This document shows positions 36,466 to 50,878 of a stretch of 64,000 nucleotides of DNA, one piece after another (the first letter of the stretch is position 1; each line of letters begins with the position of its first letter). Source of the stretch: Tubulanus polymorphus. Lineage: Eukaryota; Animalia; Nemertea. The DNA is taken from assembly GCF_964204645.1 (NCBI RefSeq), contig NC_134028.1:11703263-11767262 (forward strand), in the 5' to 3' direction. Below the pieces are notes generated by a model, which saw only the letters and a program-made list of their open reading frames with translations, was not told where the DNA came from and made no database searches. The position numbers and the translations under genes are program-made.

Positions 36466-37069
36466 AGATTTATTTATATTCGAACCGCATAATATGTTAG
36501 TTACTGGAGTAACCAATTGTGGTAAAACACATTTCATATTAGATTTGTTAGAAACTATTTATAAGAATCATTTTGATAATATAATATTATTCTGCCCCAC
36601 TTATGAAATGAATAAAACATATAATAGAGATATAGTTAAGATAAAAAAGTTTATTATATTAAATCCTAAAACAGTAAAAGAAAATTTAGATAATTGTATA
36701 AAAATAGCAATTGATACTTATAAAGGATCAAATACATTATTCATTGTGGATGATTGCGCAAATTTACATGATTCAAAAGTGAGAGAAAGTGAGTTATGTT
36801 ATCTAGCTTTTTCTGGTAGACATTTTGGGATAACAACATGGGTTTTAAATCAAAAATATAATCCAATTGTTAAAGACTTTAGGGAGAATATAAGATTTCT
36901 AGTTTTATTTTACAACAAAGATAGAAAATCTATGCAACAATCATTGGAAGAAAATCAAATTATACCTACTGAATTACATGATGAATATATGAATAAATTA
37001 AAGAATAATGAAGGTTCAAAATTATTACTGAGACTACAATTTCCCTATGAATATAAGTTTATAAAATAA
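36458..37069 (+). CDS. A32/FtsK-like DNA packaging ATPase, intact
   Basis: Walker A GVTNCGKT, Walker B FIVDD, GRH arginine motif, LNQ sensor. Confidence 0.92.
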   Translation: MNKDLFIFEPHNMLVTGVTNCGKTHFILDLLETIYKNHFDNIILFCPTYEMNKTYNRDIVKIKKFIILNPKTVKENLDNCIKIAIDTYKGSNTLFIVDDCANLHDSKVRESELCYLAFSGRHFGITTWVLNQKYNPIVKDFRENIRFLVLFYNKDRKSMQQSLEENQIIPTELHDEYMNKLKNNEGSKLLLRLQFPYEYKFIK

Positions 37070-37436
37070 CTATTTATATATCTATCTATCTAATACGTAT
37101 TAAATACGTATTAGATACGTATTAAATACATTAATACTTAAAACCCCATTTTTAAAATAAATATTATTCATACAATTTTCAACCAATTTATTTTTATTTT
37201 TTTCAACTAATATATGAATAAGTTTGAAAATAATAAAGGTTATTTATTATTACCGAGGTTTCAATATAAATTTAAAAAAGAAATATAATTTAAGGTTTTT
37301 TCAAATAATATGTATTAAATACGTATTAGATACGTATTAGATATGTATTAGATATGTATTAAATACGTATTAGATACCTTAATACTTAAAACCCCCTTTT
37401 TTATTTACTATTATTTTATACAATTTTCAACCTTTA

Positions 37437-38363
37437 TTACTTTTTGAGTGTTAGATGATTACTTTCTGAATCACTTTCATCATCACTCTCCAATTCATCA
37501 TCAGACCCTAACAATTTATTCAAATGCTCTACCGAATCTTCATAAATAATTGGTTTATTGATATACTTATTAGTCATCTGAACTATATCTTTATTTTCTG
37601 ATTTAAGTTTCATAGAATCTTTATTATCAATGCGCTTTCCTGTAACTATATCACCATGTGGGTGCCATACGGCACCATTTTCATTAGTATCTTTATTAGT
37701 GTTTGCTCCTAATATTTCATTTACAATGTTTGATTCTAATTTAATACCATCAGTTAAATCTAATTCATCTTTATTAGGTGTTGCTAATAATAAATCTTCA
37801 TATAATTCTTTACCATTTACTTTTTGATTTGAAACAAACTTTGTAACATATCTAAATGGGTGTTCTATAGATTCTTTTTTACCAACACGTTCTATAACAT
37901 TAGTAATATGTACCTTTGTATTCAGATGATTATTCCAATTTGATGGAGCGTTTGAAAATTCGCCTTTACAATAATCACAATAATTTCTATTTTCACTAAC
38001 ATTTAATATTATTGCATTATTATATGTAGAAGGTATTACATTATTAGATGTAGAAGGTATTACATTATTAGATGTAGAAGGTATTACATTATTAGATGTA
38101 GAAGGTATTACATTATTAGATGTAGTAGGTTTACATTATTAGATGTAGAAGGTATTACATTATTAGATGTAGAATGTATTACATTACTTAAATTATCAAC
38201 AACACCACTTTTATTATTATCGATTTCTATTAGTTAAGTTTTATAAATTTTGAAAATAGGATCAAATATCAAAGCTAATTACAAGGTATTACATAATATA
38301 AACCATCATTATTTTCATGTGTATCGATGTATGGAATATGTTTATATACTTTACCTCCTTCCA
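37437..38363 (-). pseudogene. Zinc finger/repeat protein, homolog of 18636..19508, frameshifted
   Basis: Collinear DNA similarity; about 7 units of the 24-bp repeat at 38011-38190. Confidence 0.8.
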
Positions 38364-38396
38364 TTTATTATATAAATTTTTATTGAAGTTAAAATT

Positions 38397-39538
38397 TTAA
38401 TACATAACACTATTTAATTGAGAATTTACAATATTTAATTGCGCGTCAGATATAATATAAATGTGCATTTTAAAATTTTTGATACCTTTATTCTTTGTCA
38501 TGAATAATTGTATTCCATCTTTAGTGTTTTGTAATTTTTTTCCAGAACCATGCAATGAATTATCCTCTGTTGTTCTAAAATCTAACCATAATGCATATTT
38601 ATTGCCGGTATAATAATCAATTTGATTAATATTACAATTTTCAGATGATTTCACTTTTTCATTCATAAAATGTTTTCTAATTTCTGGCCATTGATCAATC
38701 TTTCTCATTCCTTGACAAAATATTTTATTTGCTATTCCTTCGATAGTTATTTCTACTTTTGTTATTTCAGGATTATAATAATTATCAACATTTATTGCGC
38801 CATTAGTATATGTTGCAATGGTAAGAAATATTAATATGCCTTTAATAGATCTCCTTGGGAAGTTAATATTCTCATTAATTATTTCATCATTTGCATTAAT
38901 AGTTACAGTTTTAAATTTATCAATATAATCATATAATAATGAAAATCCTTGACTGTATTGAGTTTGAATTATACTTGAAATATTTTCATCAGTTACTGTA
39001 TCATATTCTAAACATATATTCGATAATTTATAACTCATATCTTTATTAACGCTAGATATTACAATTTCATTTACCGGAGCAAATGTTATCTCAAATATAA
39101 CGTCTTCTTGAATTGCGTATTTATATAAAGGTGCATTGTTATTTATCAATTCAAAGTCTAATGGAATTTTATATTTGCTTCCATAAATCTTTTTTATCAA
39201 ATTATCTGCGGTACGAGTTACTATTGCGTCATTAGCTCCTGATCTTAATTTATTTTGGTTTTCTGATTGGATGCCTTGAAATATCATATTATTTCTATTT
39301 TCTTTAGTTAACCATAAATCTTAATAATGCATAAATAAATTATAATCATCTAATGAGAAAACTGTTTCTGGTCCAATCTTTATTGTTAATTTTTTAATCA
39401 AATATCTTCCAACATTATCAACAACATAATTATTATTATTACCGGTTACTTTTATATCGGCTGATAAATAAATACTATTTGGAACATAAAAAGTATTTAT
39501 TTTGTGTTAATCGAGGAATTCTAACGTATAAAGTTTCA
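38397..39538 (-). pseudogene. Putative major capsid protein, copy C, 5' end deleted
   Basis: 296-aa open C-terminal part; upstream fragments match 17460-17690. Confidence 0.75.
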
Positions 39539-42500
39539 AAATTCAATCATTTCTTCACCAACTAATTCATCCTTAAACTTCCCTGGAACTTTTTTATTAT
39601 CATTGCTAAACAATTCATGATCTTTACGATAATTACTGAAATCAAAATGATGTTTTAATGTTTTTAAATCATCAGTTATGTTATCAGTTTTTATCTTTAA
39701 TATGTAACTGTCAGTATCAAAATATAGTATTTCTATATGTTTTTCTCCAAAAAGTGGTTGTAATACATTATAATAGAATTCATTCATTAGTAATTTTGAT
39801 AATTCTAAAACTGAAGCGCCAACATAGATTGGTTTATTAAATTTCATTGATGTTCTCATTTTAACTGCAGCTAAATTTTCATCAAATATTCTGTTACCAA
39901 TGACCTTAGGATATGTTTGTAAATGTCTAATTCTTTTACCATTACTAACTAACTCAATATCATTTCTATTTCTAATATTTTCACAAGTCTTACCATAGAA
40001 TGCATTGTTCATTAACTTGAAGAAATCTTTCTCAAAATCAGTTTTAGCTTCAGTTCTCTGTTTGGTGTTTAAATCTATATATTTTTCTAACCACTTAGAT
40101 TGACTAAATGAAATATATATGTATGTACTTTTTTTAGGATCATTCCTTGTTTTAGATAAAACTTTAACATTCTATAATGTACTACATAATTATATTTATC
40201 TTCTTGAGTTACCATTAACTTTTCTGTATGAATATGATTTTCGGGTTTAATTCTTTTTTGATAATTTGATAATTCTTCATGAGTTACAGTTTTATGTTCG
40301 GGACAGTAAGCTAGATTTCTAGATTTAAATTTTTTATCTTCAGGATATTCCAAGTCTACAACAAAGAAGTAACCAGTATCTGAATCATCTGCAATATCTA
40401 GGATTCTTTTCTTCCAATCAAATTTGTCATTATTTTCATTCTGTGAAACTTCAGTTAATTCAAATACTCCATAAGGTTGTGGTTCCATCATTGCCCAACC
40501 ATACAAATTATTTGCATCTATATATAATAACTTATATCCAGGGTTATCATTTACATTGAAATATCTATCACCTAATACACCTGAAACTCCTCCTCTCATA
40601 GATTTTTCAAATAATAGTCTTTGATCTATATTTGTTAACAAATTCATTTTTATATCTGTAAATTTAAATCCACAATCCCATGTTAATCCTGGTGATGAAT
40701 AACAATGACAAGGATCAATGTTAAAATATTTTAGGTTTACATCTCTAAACCTTTCGAATATATCGGTTAATAATAATACATCTGACTTTAGATATAAATC
40801 TACTAATTGCCCATGATTTTCTATTTTGAAATGATTCCAAATATTCAATGTTCTATTATATACTTCATCTTTAACATATTCATTTTTTAATTCATCATAG
40901 AATTGTTCTTTCAATAATTCAGTTATATTGAAATCATTATGTGATTTATAAAATGAATATGGAATTGCGCCTTTATATCTCATTAATTGAAAATCATCAT
41001 TATTTGGGTAGTGTTGTTTTAATATTTTTAATTCATCATCAACTAATGATTTTGATAAGTTATCTAATGAACTATTTAAAAATCAGATTTAATATATAAC
41101 CCGAAAGCAGCAGCTGATTGATGAATCTTTTTAATTGTATTTGTTATTGGCGGTTCATCTGAAAAATCATTTTCATTAGAATTTAATTTCTTTCTTTTAT
41201 AATATATTTCTTTTCTATCTTGATCAGTTAATTCTTTTTGTAATGATTCAAAATCTCCATATATTACAAATGGTACTTTATTTTTGTAATCATATTTTTT
41301 TGAATTCTAATATTTTATCTTTTTCATTTGGTAAAACTAATTTTACAATAATCATGATTTTCACATAATTGTTTATGATTTAATAATGTACTTTCATTAC
41401 TGAATTTATGTAAACATTTTCTACATAGATATATTTTATTATGGTGATCATTTTCTGATTTAAAAAATAAATCGATTTGTTTAATCCACATATAATGATT
41501 CTCATAATATAGTATATCTATAACATCGTTTGAATCATAATCTTTTGATAGATATAAAGGTTCTAATGTATAATGTTTTATGTTGTTACCTTTTGTATTT
41601 GGTAATTTGATTAAATCAAATACATTTATTCTTAAATTATCATCTCTTTCTATCTTTGGGACGTTTTTAATTCTAACAGGATACTTATATATCTTATAAT
41701 TATTTTCAAATGGTTTATAATTAGTTAATCTACAAATATTATAAGTTGCAGGATGTAAGCAACTAATTATAGCCCATAGAAAACATTTATCATCTTCATT
41801 TTGTACATTTATAACAGCATTAATTTTAAATGGTAGTTTAATATAACTCGATGCTTCAATATCTGGTTCTTTATAATATGATACATTATTTTCATCAATT
41901 GGTTTTGATTTAGTTAACTTATTATATTTTGTGTTATAAACATGTAAAGTCATAAATATTATTTCATCAAATATTAAACCAGATCCTTCAAAATATTTCT
42001 CTTCTATTTTAATTTTTATTTCATTATAACATTTATCTAATTTATCATCTATATGTTGTTTATATATAATATGTTGTGAATGAGAATTTATATTATATAT
42101 TGGTTTATCTTCAGATTTTATAAACTTTACTTTAGAAGATATACTTATTTTAGGGTATTCAACATCAGTTATTATTTTTATTATTTCTTTCATATTTTCT
42201 AAATGTTTTTTATTTTCTTCTAATGTTTTTCCTTTATGAAATTTAAACTCGATAGCTGCTGGGCCAATATCACTTTTAAATGCTTCGGTTATCTCTATAT
42301 CTTTTTTATTATCTAATGAATTAATATATTTTCTTTCATCTTCCATGTATGGTCTTTTATTGTTTAATTCATTTTTTATGCTTTTAATTGTCTTCTGTTT
42401 CTTATCATTATCTTTATCAAAATAATCTTCACCTAAAATATCATTATTCTTATTTCTAATATGACTTTTAGATTTTAAATGTTCTTTATAGTATCTTTTA

Positions 42501-42703
42501 TCACTGAATGATTGATTACATGTATCACATTTGTATGTTTCTTTTTCATTCTTTAATTCGTCTAATTTAGTTTCTAATATATCATCTTTATATTCTAGTT
42601 TCAATTTATTCTCTAAATGTGTTTTAGTTTTATTGTGTCTTGCTTTTTGGGATTTATCTATATTGATATTACATGTTGGGCAGTAGTACTTATTTGCTTC
42701 CAT
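39536..42703 (-). pseudogene. pPolB, copy C, internally and 3' deleted
   Basis: Open 459-aa N-terminal part; YIDANNLYGWAM, NNAFYGK and YFDTD; deletions at ~41085 and ~39538. Confidence 0.93.
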
Positions 42704-42725
42704 TTTAATACTAAATTTTTTATTA

Positions 42726-43142
42726 AAATTGATTTTAGAAGTTCAATGATTTATATCGTGTATTATTTCAATCACACTTTACTAACACTTTTAATATTCA
42801 AAAAACTAACTCATACAAATATGAATATTGAAATAATGTTGTAAATATATCTATATATCTATTCTATAAGAGCTTACACTTTTATATTGAATAATCTGTC
42901 AATTTAAATGTTATTCATGTAAATTATGTTTATATATATATGAATATTTTAAGAGTAATAGGGGTAATAGGCTTTCAGGTTAAAGGTTGAAGGGGCGAGT
43001 GAGTAAAAAATGAAAATAACAATAATTTACAGTTGAATTAGGAGTGTGCGCGACTAATTCAACTGTAAATTATTGTTATTTTCATTTTTTTACGAGCGCG
43101 ACCCTTCGACCTTTGATCTGAAAGCCTATTATCCCTATTACT
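42726..43142 (-). repeat. Right TIR of copy C with a palindrome at 42954-43142
   Basis: Reverse complement of the left TIR. Confidence 0.92.
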
Positions 43143-43790
43143 GCTAAGTATATTCCATCACCTCTTGTAATGTTGCTGTCACAGTAGCTGTCTAGAAATG
43201 CGGCATTAGAATTCAAAGGCCCCAGAGTTTCAATACCTAACATTTCAAGTGACCAGAAATCCTGAAGATCTAACTTCTCAGTCCCAGTCGACAACAAACT
43301 ATGAGTGCATAGATTGGTCGTATCATTGGATTGAACCGGACCACATATAATATAGCCTAGCTTACTAGGTACGGCAACTGGACCGCTTTCGGATTTTATG
43401 AATTCGTTGTCAATCATGAAATTGTAATAATAATCCGACCCAACTAGAATTTCTACATTAAATGAATCGGAACGATATTCAGGGGAATGAGCCAACTTAA
43501 AATGCTGAAATTCTGAAATGTCAGTAGTGCTTACATCGAGTGGGCGTGTAATGGCAGGAACAACAATAGCATAGACTTGAATAACCGACTTATCGTCACA
43601 AAGAACGGACAGAGAACGGACAGTTCAACAATCTCTACCTGACGGGTTTTTGCACCGATTACCCCAAACCCAGGTAGATTTAACGTTTCATGTCTGATTG
43701 GAATTAAATTCAAACGGTGAACAAAATCACTTGTAACGAAAATCACTTGTGCTTTGCGAGCCGTCATCGAACAATATATTAGACAGCATA
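43143..43790 (-). pseudogene. BEL/Pao aspartic protease region
   Basis: NILFDDGSQ, ILVGSDYYY, SKLGYIICGP and FWSLE motifs. Confidence 0.85.
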
Positions 43791-43899
43791 TTATTATTTA
43801 TTTTTTTTATTTTTATTTTTTTTTTATTTTTCCATTTTGAATTATAATAATCGTACAAAGTAATACAAATACAACAAGAAAATTAATTTTAGAAAATTA

Positions 43900-44972
43900 T
43901 TTGACACCTGCGAAAAAAATGTAGGATTTCTGGGCTAAGCTAATGTGGAATTGCAAATTTGAAATCGAAGTTTTTAAGAAATTTGGGGAATGATGAGATT
44001 TGGCGATTGGGTAGATGATACAGGTCTTCGACTCTAGTAGTGGTTTAAATTTTTTTTATTGAAAATTCTCAATAATTGATCGCGAACTTGCGACCGACTT
44101 CATTTACTTAGGCCTCTAAGCTGGTCTGCAACTTCATTGCCTCCATGGTTGAAGAAAGAGCTCTTCTGATGTCTGCTTCATCATGACTTCGAGCATATCG
44201 TGTGGCCTAGCCAGCCGGCCCGGTCCCCGGGCCCGGGCCACCGGTTTGGCTGTCACTCGATATCCTAGAGTCTTGAGTCTGGGTGGGTTGAAGTAGACAT
44301 TGTCATTTAAAATAACATGCTTATGTTGTTCTGTATGAATTACCCGTGTGTTATGTATGTTGTATTAATTTATTTCAAAATTTGTATTTATTGAATTTGG
44401 GAATTTTATCCCGGAATTTTAAAGTAATAAGGATCAATAAAGAATTGAATTAAATTGTCATTAAACATATTTTCTAAAACGTTTGAATATTGAAATTATA
44501 TGTTTACACATTTCCATATTGACCACTTGTAGCCGCTGATGAAATTCACGCCGGCCCTACACACATCGTAGATAGCTTCGTCATTCAACCGGCATACCCA
44601 CTTCAGGGTCTGACTTTTACATCAGACTTCCAAATCGTGTATACATCCGCCATTTAACCGAATAATCCGATTTACTTATCATTTCTATTTATGCCTGCCG
44701 CTTCTGATATAATCATACATCCGTTACTATTACAATACGTCTTCTAATGATATTCAATGCAATATAACATTTCGACGTTCAAATATAGGTCATTATATAA
44801 TCACAGGAAGCCATTCTACATCTATGTCAATAATATTTTGCCAGATAGCTTGTTTGTGTACACATAGACCTGTGACGTTTTGCACATCGATTTACGGCTG
44901 TCGTTTGTAAAATGACGCTGAATGGTTAACATTGTTTAGGTTTCATAATGGTAACGTTTTATAAGGCGTCAA
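43900..44972. mobile_element. Unclassified ~1.07-kb insertion in the LINE 3' UTR
   Basis: Separates the UTR from the tail; short inverted ends TTGACACCT/AGGCGTCAA; GC-rich palindrome at 44210-44250; no clean TSD. Confidence 0.35.
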
Positions 44973-45127
44973 AAAATTCAAGATGGAGGGAAACATGAAG
45001 AAACCTGTTAAGGTTTATATGATTTTCATGCCACCCTCATACACCCAATCACACTCTCTTTCACACCACATTCACACTGAAAATATTTAAGTGCCAGATG
45101 GCAGAGACTGGCAAGGTTATCGAAACA

Positions 45128-48018
45128 TTAATTGAGAAGATACTGTTTGAGAGCACGTTTAAAAACTGGAGGGGATACTGATCCAATGATCTTCAGTGAG
45201 TAAGGTAAGTTATTCCAAGTTAAAGGGGCTGATACTTTTAATGAAAATTTCTTTCGATTGGTTCTAAATTGTTCTACTTTGAATGCATGACGGTTTCGAG
45301 TATGATGATGGTGAAAGTCGGAATTTAATGAAAAATAATCTGAAAACGAGTTAGGCAGTAGTGAATTCTTATATTTAAATATGAAAAAGCACAATTGAAA
45401 TTTCGTCATTGCTCGAAAAGTAAGGATGGGGGCTGTATGGTCAAAGAAGGTAACCTTCGATATTACCCTGATCGCACGCTTTTGAAGTAGGATTATTGGC
45501 CTGATTCTCGATTCGTAGTTATTGCCCCAGATAAAATTGCAGTATTGGAGATACGGGTAAACAAAACTATAGTATAAGGTTTTCATCACTAAAACTGGCA
45601 ATCGTCTTTTAACTCTATTCAAAACACCAATACTACGAGAGATCTTTTTACAGACAAATGATATGTGGTCAGACCACGTCAGTTTACTATCAATATATAA
45701 ACCAAGAAATTTTGTGGAATGAACTTGCTTTATTGGGACATTTCCAATTTTTATGGCACAAAGGGTACCCTTGAAATTTCCGAAAATCATAAAATAACAT
45801 TTTTCAAGGTTAAGAGACAATTTATTAACTTGAAACCACATTCGAAGTTTGATGAGTTCATTGTTTATCAGTTGGAATATCTTCTTATGATCTTTTGAAT
45901 AAGCGAAGCATGTTGTGTCATCTGCAAAAAGGGTGAAGTCAAGAATTTTTGAAGCATTGACACAATCATTTATGAATAATAGATATAAAAGAGGACCGAG
46001 AATAGAACCTTGGGGAACTCCGATAGTTATACCCCTTCTTGACGAGTAAATACCATTAAAACAAACAATTTGACCACGATCAGACAGGTAACTTTCGAAC
46101 CATTTGAAAGGTAAACCCCGAATACCATAGTGATCTAATTTACCGAGCAGAATTGTGTGGTTGACCGTGTCGAATGCCTTCTTTAGGTCTAAGAAAATGC
46201 CTATGGCTGAATATTTTTTATCAAGGTATGATGTTAGGTGTCTGTTACTTTGGCAAGAGCAAGTGCTGTGGAATGATTTGATCGAAAACCGAATTGATTT
46301 GAAGAAATAACGTTATGTTTATTGAGAAAGGAGGATAATCTGTTAAAGACCAGCTTTTCTAAAATCTTTGAAAATACCGGAAGAATAGAGATTGGACGAT
46401 AATTATTGAAATTTTCAGAAGCTCCTGATTTAAATAACGGGTTAACTTTGGCTTGTTTCATGTCAAACGGAACAATACCATTATAGAAGCTACAATTAAA
46501 TATATGCGATAAAGGAGCATTTATTAGATCTATTGTGTCTTTAAGTAAAGATGTACTAATACCATCCAACCCTGCACTTTTTTTCGGATAAAAATTTCTA
46601 ACTATAGATTCAATTTCACAAGGATTAGTAGGAAACATAAAGAAATTTTCGTTAGTACGATTTTTCAGGTAATATGTGTAGTTGTGACCAGGGAAATCAG
46701 GTATAGTCTCAGAAATTTGTGAGCCTATTTTAGAAAAGAAATCGTTAAACCCACACGCTATGCGATAGTCGCCTTTGAATTCCTGGTTATTTATAAGAAC
46801 ACTAGGTAAAATAGGAGAAGATGATTTACGTAGTATCTGGTTAATAAGTTTCCATTTAAGTTTCATATCAGTACCTATATCGGTAAACTTTTGAGAATAA
46901 TAATCAGATTCAGCTTTTCTTAAGATTTTAGTAAGAACGTTTTTATAAGAATTGTAACTATTCTTGACATCCACGGATGTAGAACGAATTGATTTCTTGT
47001 AAAGTCAGTTTTTGTGCTTAATGGAGTTAAATATCGCTGGAGTAATCCACGGCTTCTCAAGGCGTTGTCTATCATTTAGTTGGGTCGGGAGAAGGGGGAA
47101 AGCTTCATTAAACGCAAGATTAATTTTATTTGAAAAATTATGGTAGGACTGATCAACTTCTGAGCATGAATAAATATCATTCCAATCAGTGCTTAATAGG
47201 AGTCTACGATACTTGGATATATTTTTAGTACAGTAAGAACGCTCCATATTTTGTCTGTTATTTGAACAATTTAAAATCTTCTTGCACATTGTAAAAACAG
47301 GATAATGATCCGATAAATCAGTACAAATAATCCCGGAGGTATGATTGACATTTAAATCATTAGTAAAGATATTATCAATAACAGTGGATGTGTTCGTGGT
47401 TACTCTGGTAGGCTTATCAATCAATGGAAAAAAAGATGATGAAACCAGAGTATCCACGAACACCTCAGTATTTCTGTGCTCATCAAATTTGGATAAATCT
47501 ATGTTATAGTCAGCGATAAGGTAACACCGTTTGTTTTCGCGATTGATATTTACAAGTAGTTTTTCAAACTCTTCAACAAAGGGATCGAGCCTTCCTCCTA
47601 GGGGTCTATAAATTACTCCCATAATGATATTGGAGAGTTTGCCCATATCAATCTCGATAAAAAGAGATTCGAATGTAAGAGAACTTGGTGCGATATCGTT
47701 GCGGGTTTTATATTTCAATGAGTTCTTGATATAAAGAGCTACTCCACCACCCTGGGTTTCGATCCTGGAATTGAATTCGCTTGAATAACCAGGGATATTA
47801 TACATTATACTATTATCATGGTCATCATTTGTCCATGTCTCTGTGAATCCTAGAACAGAAAATTTATCGGCCGAATAGTAGAGAAAATCCGTTATTTTAT
47901 CAAAATTTGAATTGAAACTCCTGGCATTATGTGAAAAAAAAGATAAATTATCTCCACTTGAGAGTAATTCATTTTCGTCGTAATAACGACAGGTATTATT
48001 GCCTGATATATCAACCAT
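45128..48018 (-). pseudogene. LINE ORF2: APE endonuclease and reverse transcriptase
   Basis: TETW, GGGVALY, IDNIFTN, SDHYP; NYRPISILP, QFGFR, DLKKAFDTV, GVPQGSILGP, FADDT, KFLG. Confidence 0.93.
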
Positions 48019-48091
48019 AGAATAAATGTTCTAGTCGAGTGAACACATTAATGTCAACATTGACCCGAGTCGGGACACTCTTTCAAGAGTC

Positions 48092-49321
48092 TTATTCATC
48101 ATCGCCATCTGATTCCACATTTGGTTTTTTCGCTAATTTTTCCGCACTGGGTGGAGAGGTCACCGATCTATTCTTTCTTTTGTTATTTGATGGCGTAGAC
48201 GTAATGTCAGGTTTAAGAGCAGATTCAAAGTTACTGGAAAGTGCCGACTTTCCTAAATCATTAAGATGCACCCCGCGACTATCACTGACGTTGTAATACC
48301 TATCTCGAATGTTGCCTGTAGGTTTGATGATCACATCATTATTTATATAAATCATATTTTGCTTAACACAAAACGCCTCCATATATCTATTTACGAAACC
48401 AACCGCTGCATTATACTCTTTTACGGTAGGAGATGACCCCTTTTTAGGTATAATGCTTGATACGCAAATTTTCGATTTCGGGAAATGCTCCTGAACTTTT
48501 GAACCCAATGGTGAAGTTCATTTTAACACTGTCAACATCGGATCTATGACGATTAATGTCGTTAGTTCCGAGATGGACCACGACACTTTCAACAGAATCG
48601 GGATGGGCAATATTTGAGCTAACTTTCGAGAGTAGTTGGTCGATGTATTCAACAGTTGCTCCTGACTGATGAATTACTTTTCCATCGGGGTATTGAAAAT
48701 CCCGCATGTTTGAGTCTCCAAGAATGACAACTTTCGTGCCGGATGGTTGATCAATTGGCTGGTCAATTGGGTGGTCGATTTTAGTAATGTCACTCACTGC
48801 CCGATCTACTCCACCCGCAGCTGCAGAGAACGGCTGTGACATTTTGCCACAATCTCGCGCTTTATGGTTTAAACTACCACACCGGTAACACTCGACTGGT
48901 TTTGATCTGAGCTGGCATTCATATGCGTTATGATCACCTAGGCAAAACTGACAGCAAAAGCCCGTACCGAAAATCCTGATATTGAAACGGTTGATTTTTG
49001 TGTATGTCGGAATAACCTCAATGACGTTTTTTTAACTTAAGATACCTAGTCCCAGTATATATGCTAGTACCTTTAATTCGTCCCATTTTAAATGATCCTT
49101 CAGCATATTCTCCATATTTGTTGAATCCGATTCTTTGTCTCTAAATCCTTAGCCGTTATTATACATAGTTTTGAAGTGATCTGGATAGATAATATGCAGT
49201 TACTCACATTATCTAGTATTTGAGCTAACGCCTCGAATACTTGCTGGTGCGAAGGTTTCATTCCATCTAACTCAAATTTGAATGATTTATCCCTATTTAA
49301 TCCACTCATTTTTTCATTCAA
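48092..49321 (-). pseudogene. LINE ORF1 with CCHC zinc knuckles and an SGNH esterase domain
   Basis: CQFCLGDHNAYEC and CYRCGSLNHKARDC (~48845-48960); GDSN, HLGTND and DSRGVHLN. Confidence 0.82.
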
Positions 49322-49455
49322 TGATATGACTGATCAATCCCGAAATGAATATCCGTATATAACGATGAAGAATCAAATTGTAACGATTGAAATTACAAGT
49401 ATGACTTGGACAATCGTACGTGACAGCTATTCCGCCATCTTGAATCAAATTTTTT

Positions 49456-50860
49456 GTTCGATTTAACTAAGGCCACGGCCGATTTCAGTAAGGTAGATTT
49501 GTCTTTGATCTCGGTTAAGAGAGTTTCAACTGACTTGGCCTCAGTCAAACCCGAAACACTCGAATGAAGTTCAGTTTGAGTGACAGCGCACTTATGATTA
49601 TTCGAATACCTGTTCGTTAAACTCGCACTGTTAGAACCTAAGCGTCTAAACATTGATGCCCCAAAAAAACTAGTGTGATGTTTATTATGACATGTTTTGC
49701 ATGAAAATTTCGATACGCAAGCCCTAGAACGACGTTTCGCTAAGCAGTTAAAACATAGCCTTGACTATCTAACTATACCCAGTCTAGAATTTGGATCGGA
49801 AACTGTTTTACAGTCGTTAACATGATGATTATTGTTACAAAATAAGCACCTATGTTTCTTAACTTGGCTCAGCAAGGCTTCAGCTGTACTGTGCGACGAA
49901 ATCTCGAACGACTCTGACGAATTAGCTGGTTGACACGATTTTAGGATTTCAATTTCTCGGAGTAACGCGTCGCGCAAATGATGAAAAACCCACTGCATTC
50001 CACTTCGAAGTTTCGTAATGTTATACCTGACATCATTAGGCAATTTCCCGAGAATAATCGGCACCAGCATTGAACCGTACGTAGGCCTATCGGATTGAAT
50101 TCCTAATGACTCCAAACTCCTAATTTCAACCTACATGCTGTCATAAAAATTTCACAGCGATTTGACCGATTTATCCGGACCCTTGATGTAAACTAATGAG
50201 TTCATAAAGGCCTCGGAAATTTGGTCCGTTCGGCCGAACCTACTTTCCAGTATCGACCTAGCCTTCGCATAATTAGGTGCTGTTAATGGTAATCCTTCGA
50301 TAGATGTTCTAGCCACACCCGACAAATGACATTTTAGGTGGCTGAACTTTTCGATGTCTGATAGCTTATCTTGATTGTGAACCTACGCGTTAAAAAGGTC
50401 CCAAAACGATTGCCAGTGCATAATGTCACCGGAAAAAAGTGGCAATTGTAATTTCGGAAGACACATTTTCGAAACTGAACTATTAGAGGCACTCGGTTGT
50501 GATTTGATTTCAGGATTCGATTGTTGACTACAGATAAGTTCATTAACAGTGAAGTCTAATTCAGACAATTTACAGTGTATGTCGGTATGTCGTACTCGAC
50601 GATTTTTTTTTTCGAAAGCGTCGCCCCTCAAATCTAAATCTCTAGAATTTCACTATCTACATTTTTCAGTTCTTGCCATTTGCGTTTGAGAGAATTTAAC
50701 AGACACGTACCCAGTACTGCGTTGTTTTCGTCGACTGCAATTTCACATTTCTTGACCAACTTCGTAAATTGACCGCGTTGAATCCGACGAATTTCCAGAG
50801 CACCAGCAGCAGCAGCTCGCCAGTCTGAAGATGCTGTATCACTACCATTCGGTACTGCCA
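49456..50860 (-). pseudogene. BEL/Pao gag
   Basis: LPKLQLPLFSGD...WQSFWDLF, ILGKLP, CLFCNNNHHVNDC and further knuckles; TLLKSA protease lead-in. Confidence 0.88.
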
Positions 50861-50861
50861 T

Positions 50862-50875
50862 GGCTCGAGGGACCA
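50862..50875 (-). promoter_or_regulatory. Primer-binding site, tRNA-Tyr-like
   Basis: TGGTCCCTCGAGCC next to the 5' LTR, one mismatch from the complement of a tRNA-Tyr 3' end (TGGTCCTTCGAGCC). Confidence 0.7.
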
Positions 50876-50878
50876 AAA

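Larger units (their letters stand above)
31867..43142 (-). mobile_element. Polinton/Maverick copy C (~11.3 kb deletion derivative)
   Basis: AGTAATAGGG...CCCTATTACT termini; TSD GCTAAG (31861-31866, 43143-43148); ~420-bp TIRs; inserted between the BEL protease and RT. Confidence 0.96.
43790..49455 (-). mobile_element. CR1/L2-group LINE, apparently full length, inserted in the BEL protease
   Basis: ORF1 and ORF2 remnants; A-rich 3' tail at ~43790-43832; BEL coding resumes on both sides. Confidence 0.85.
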
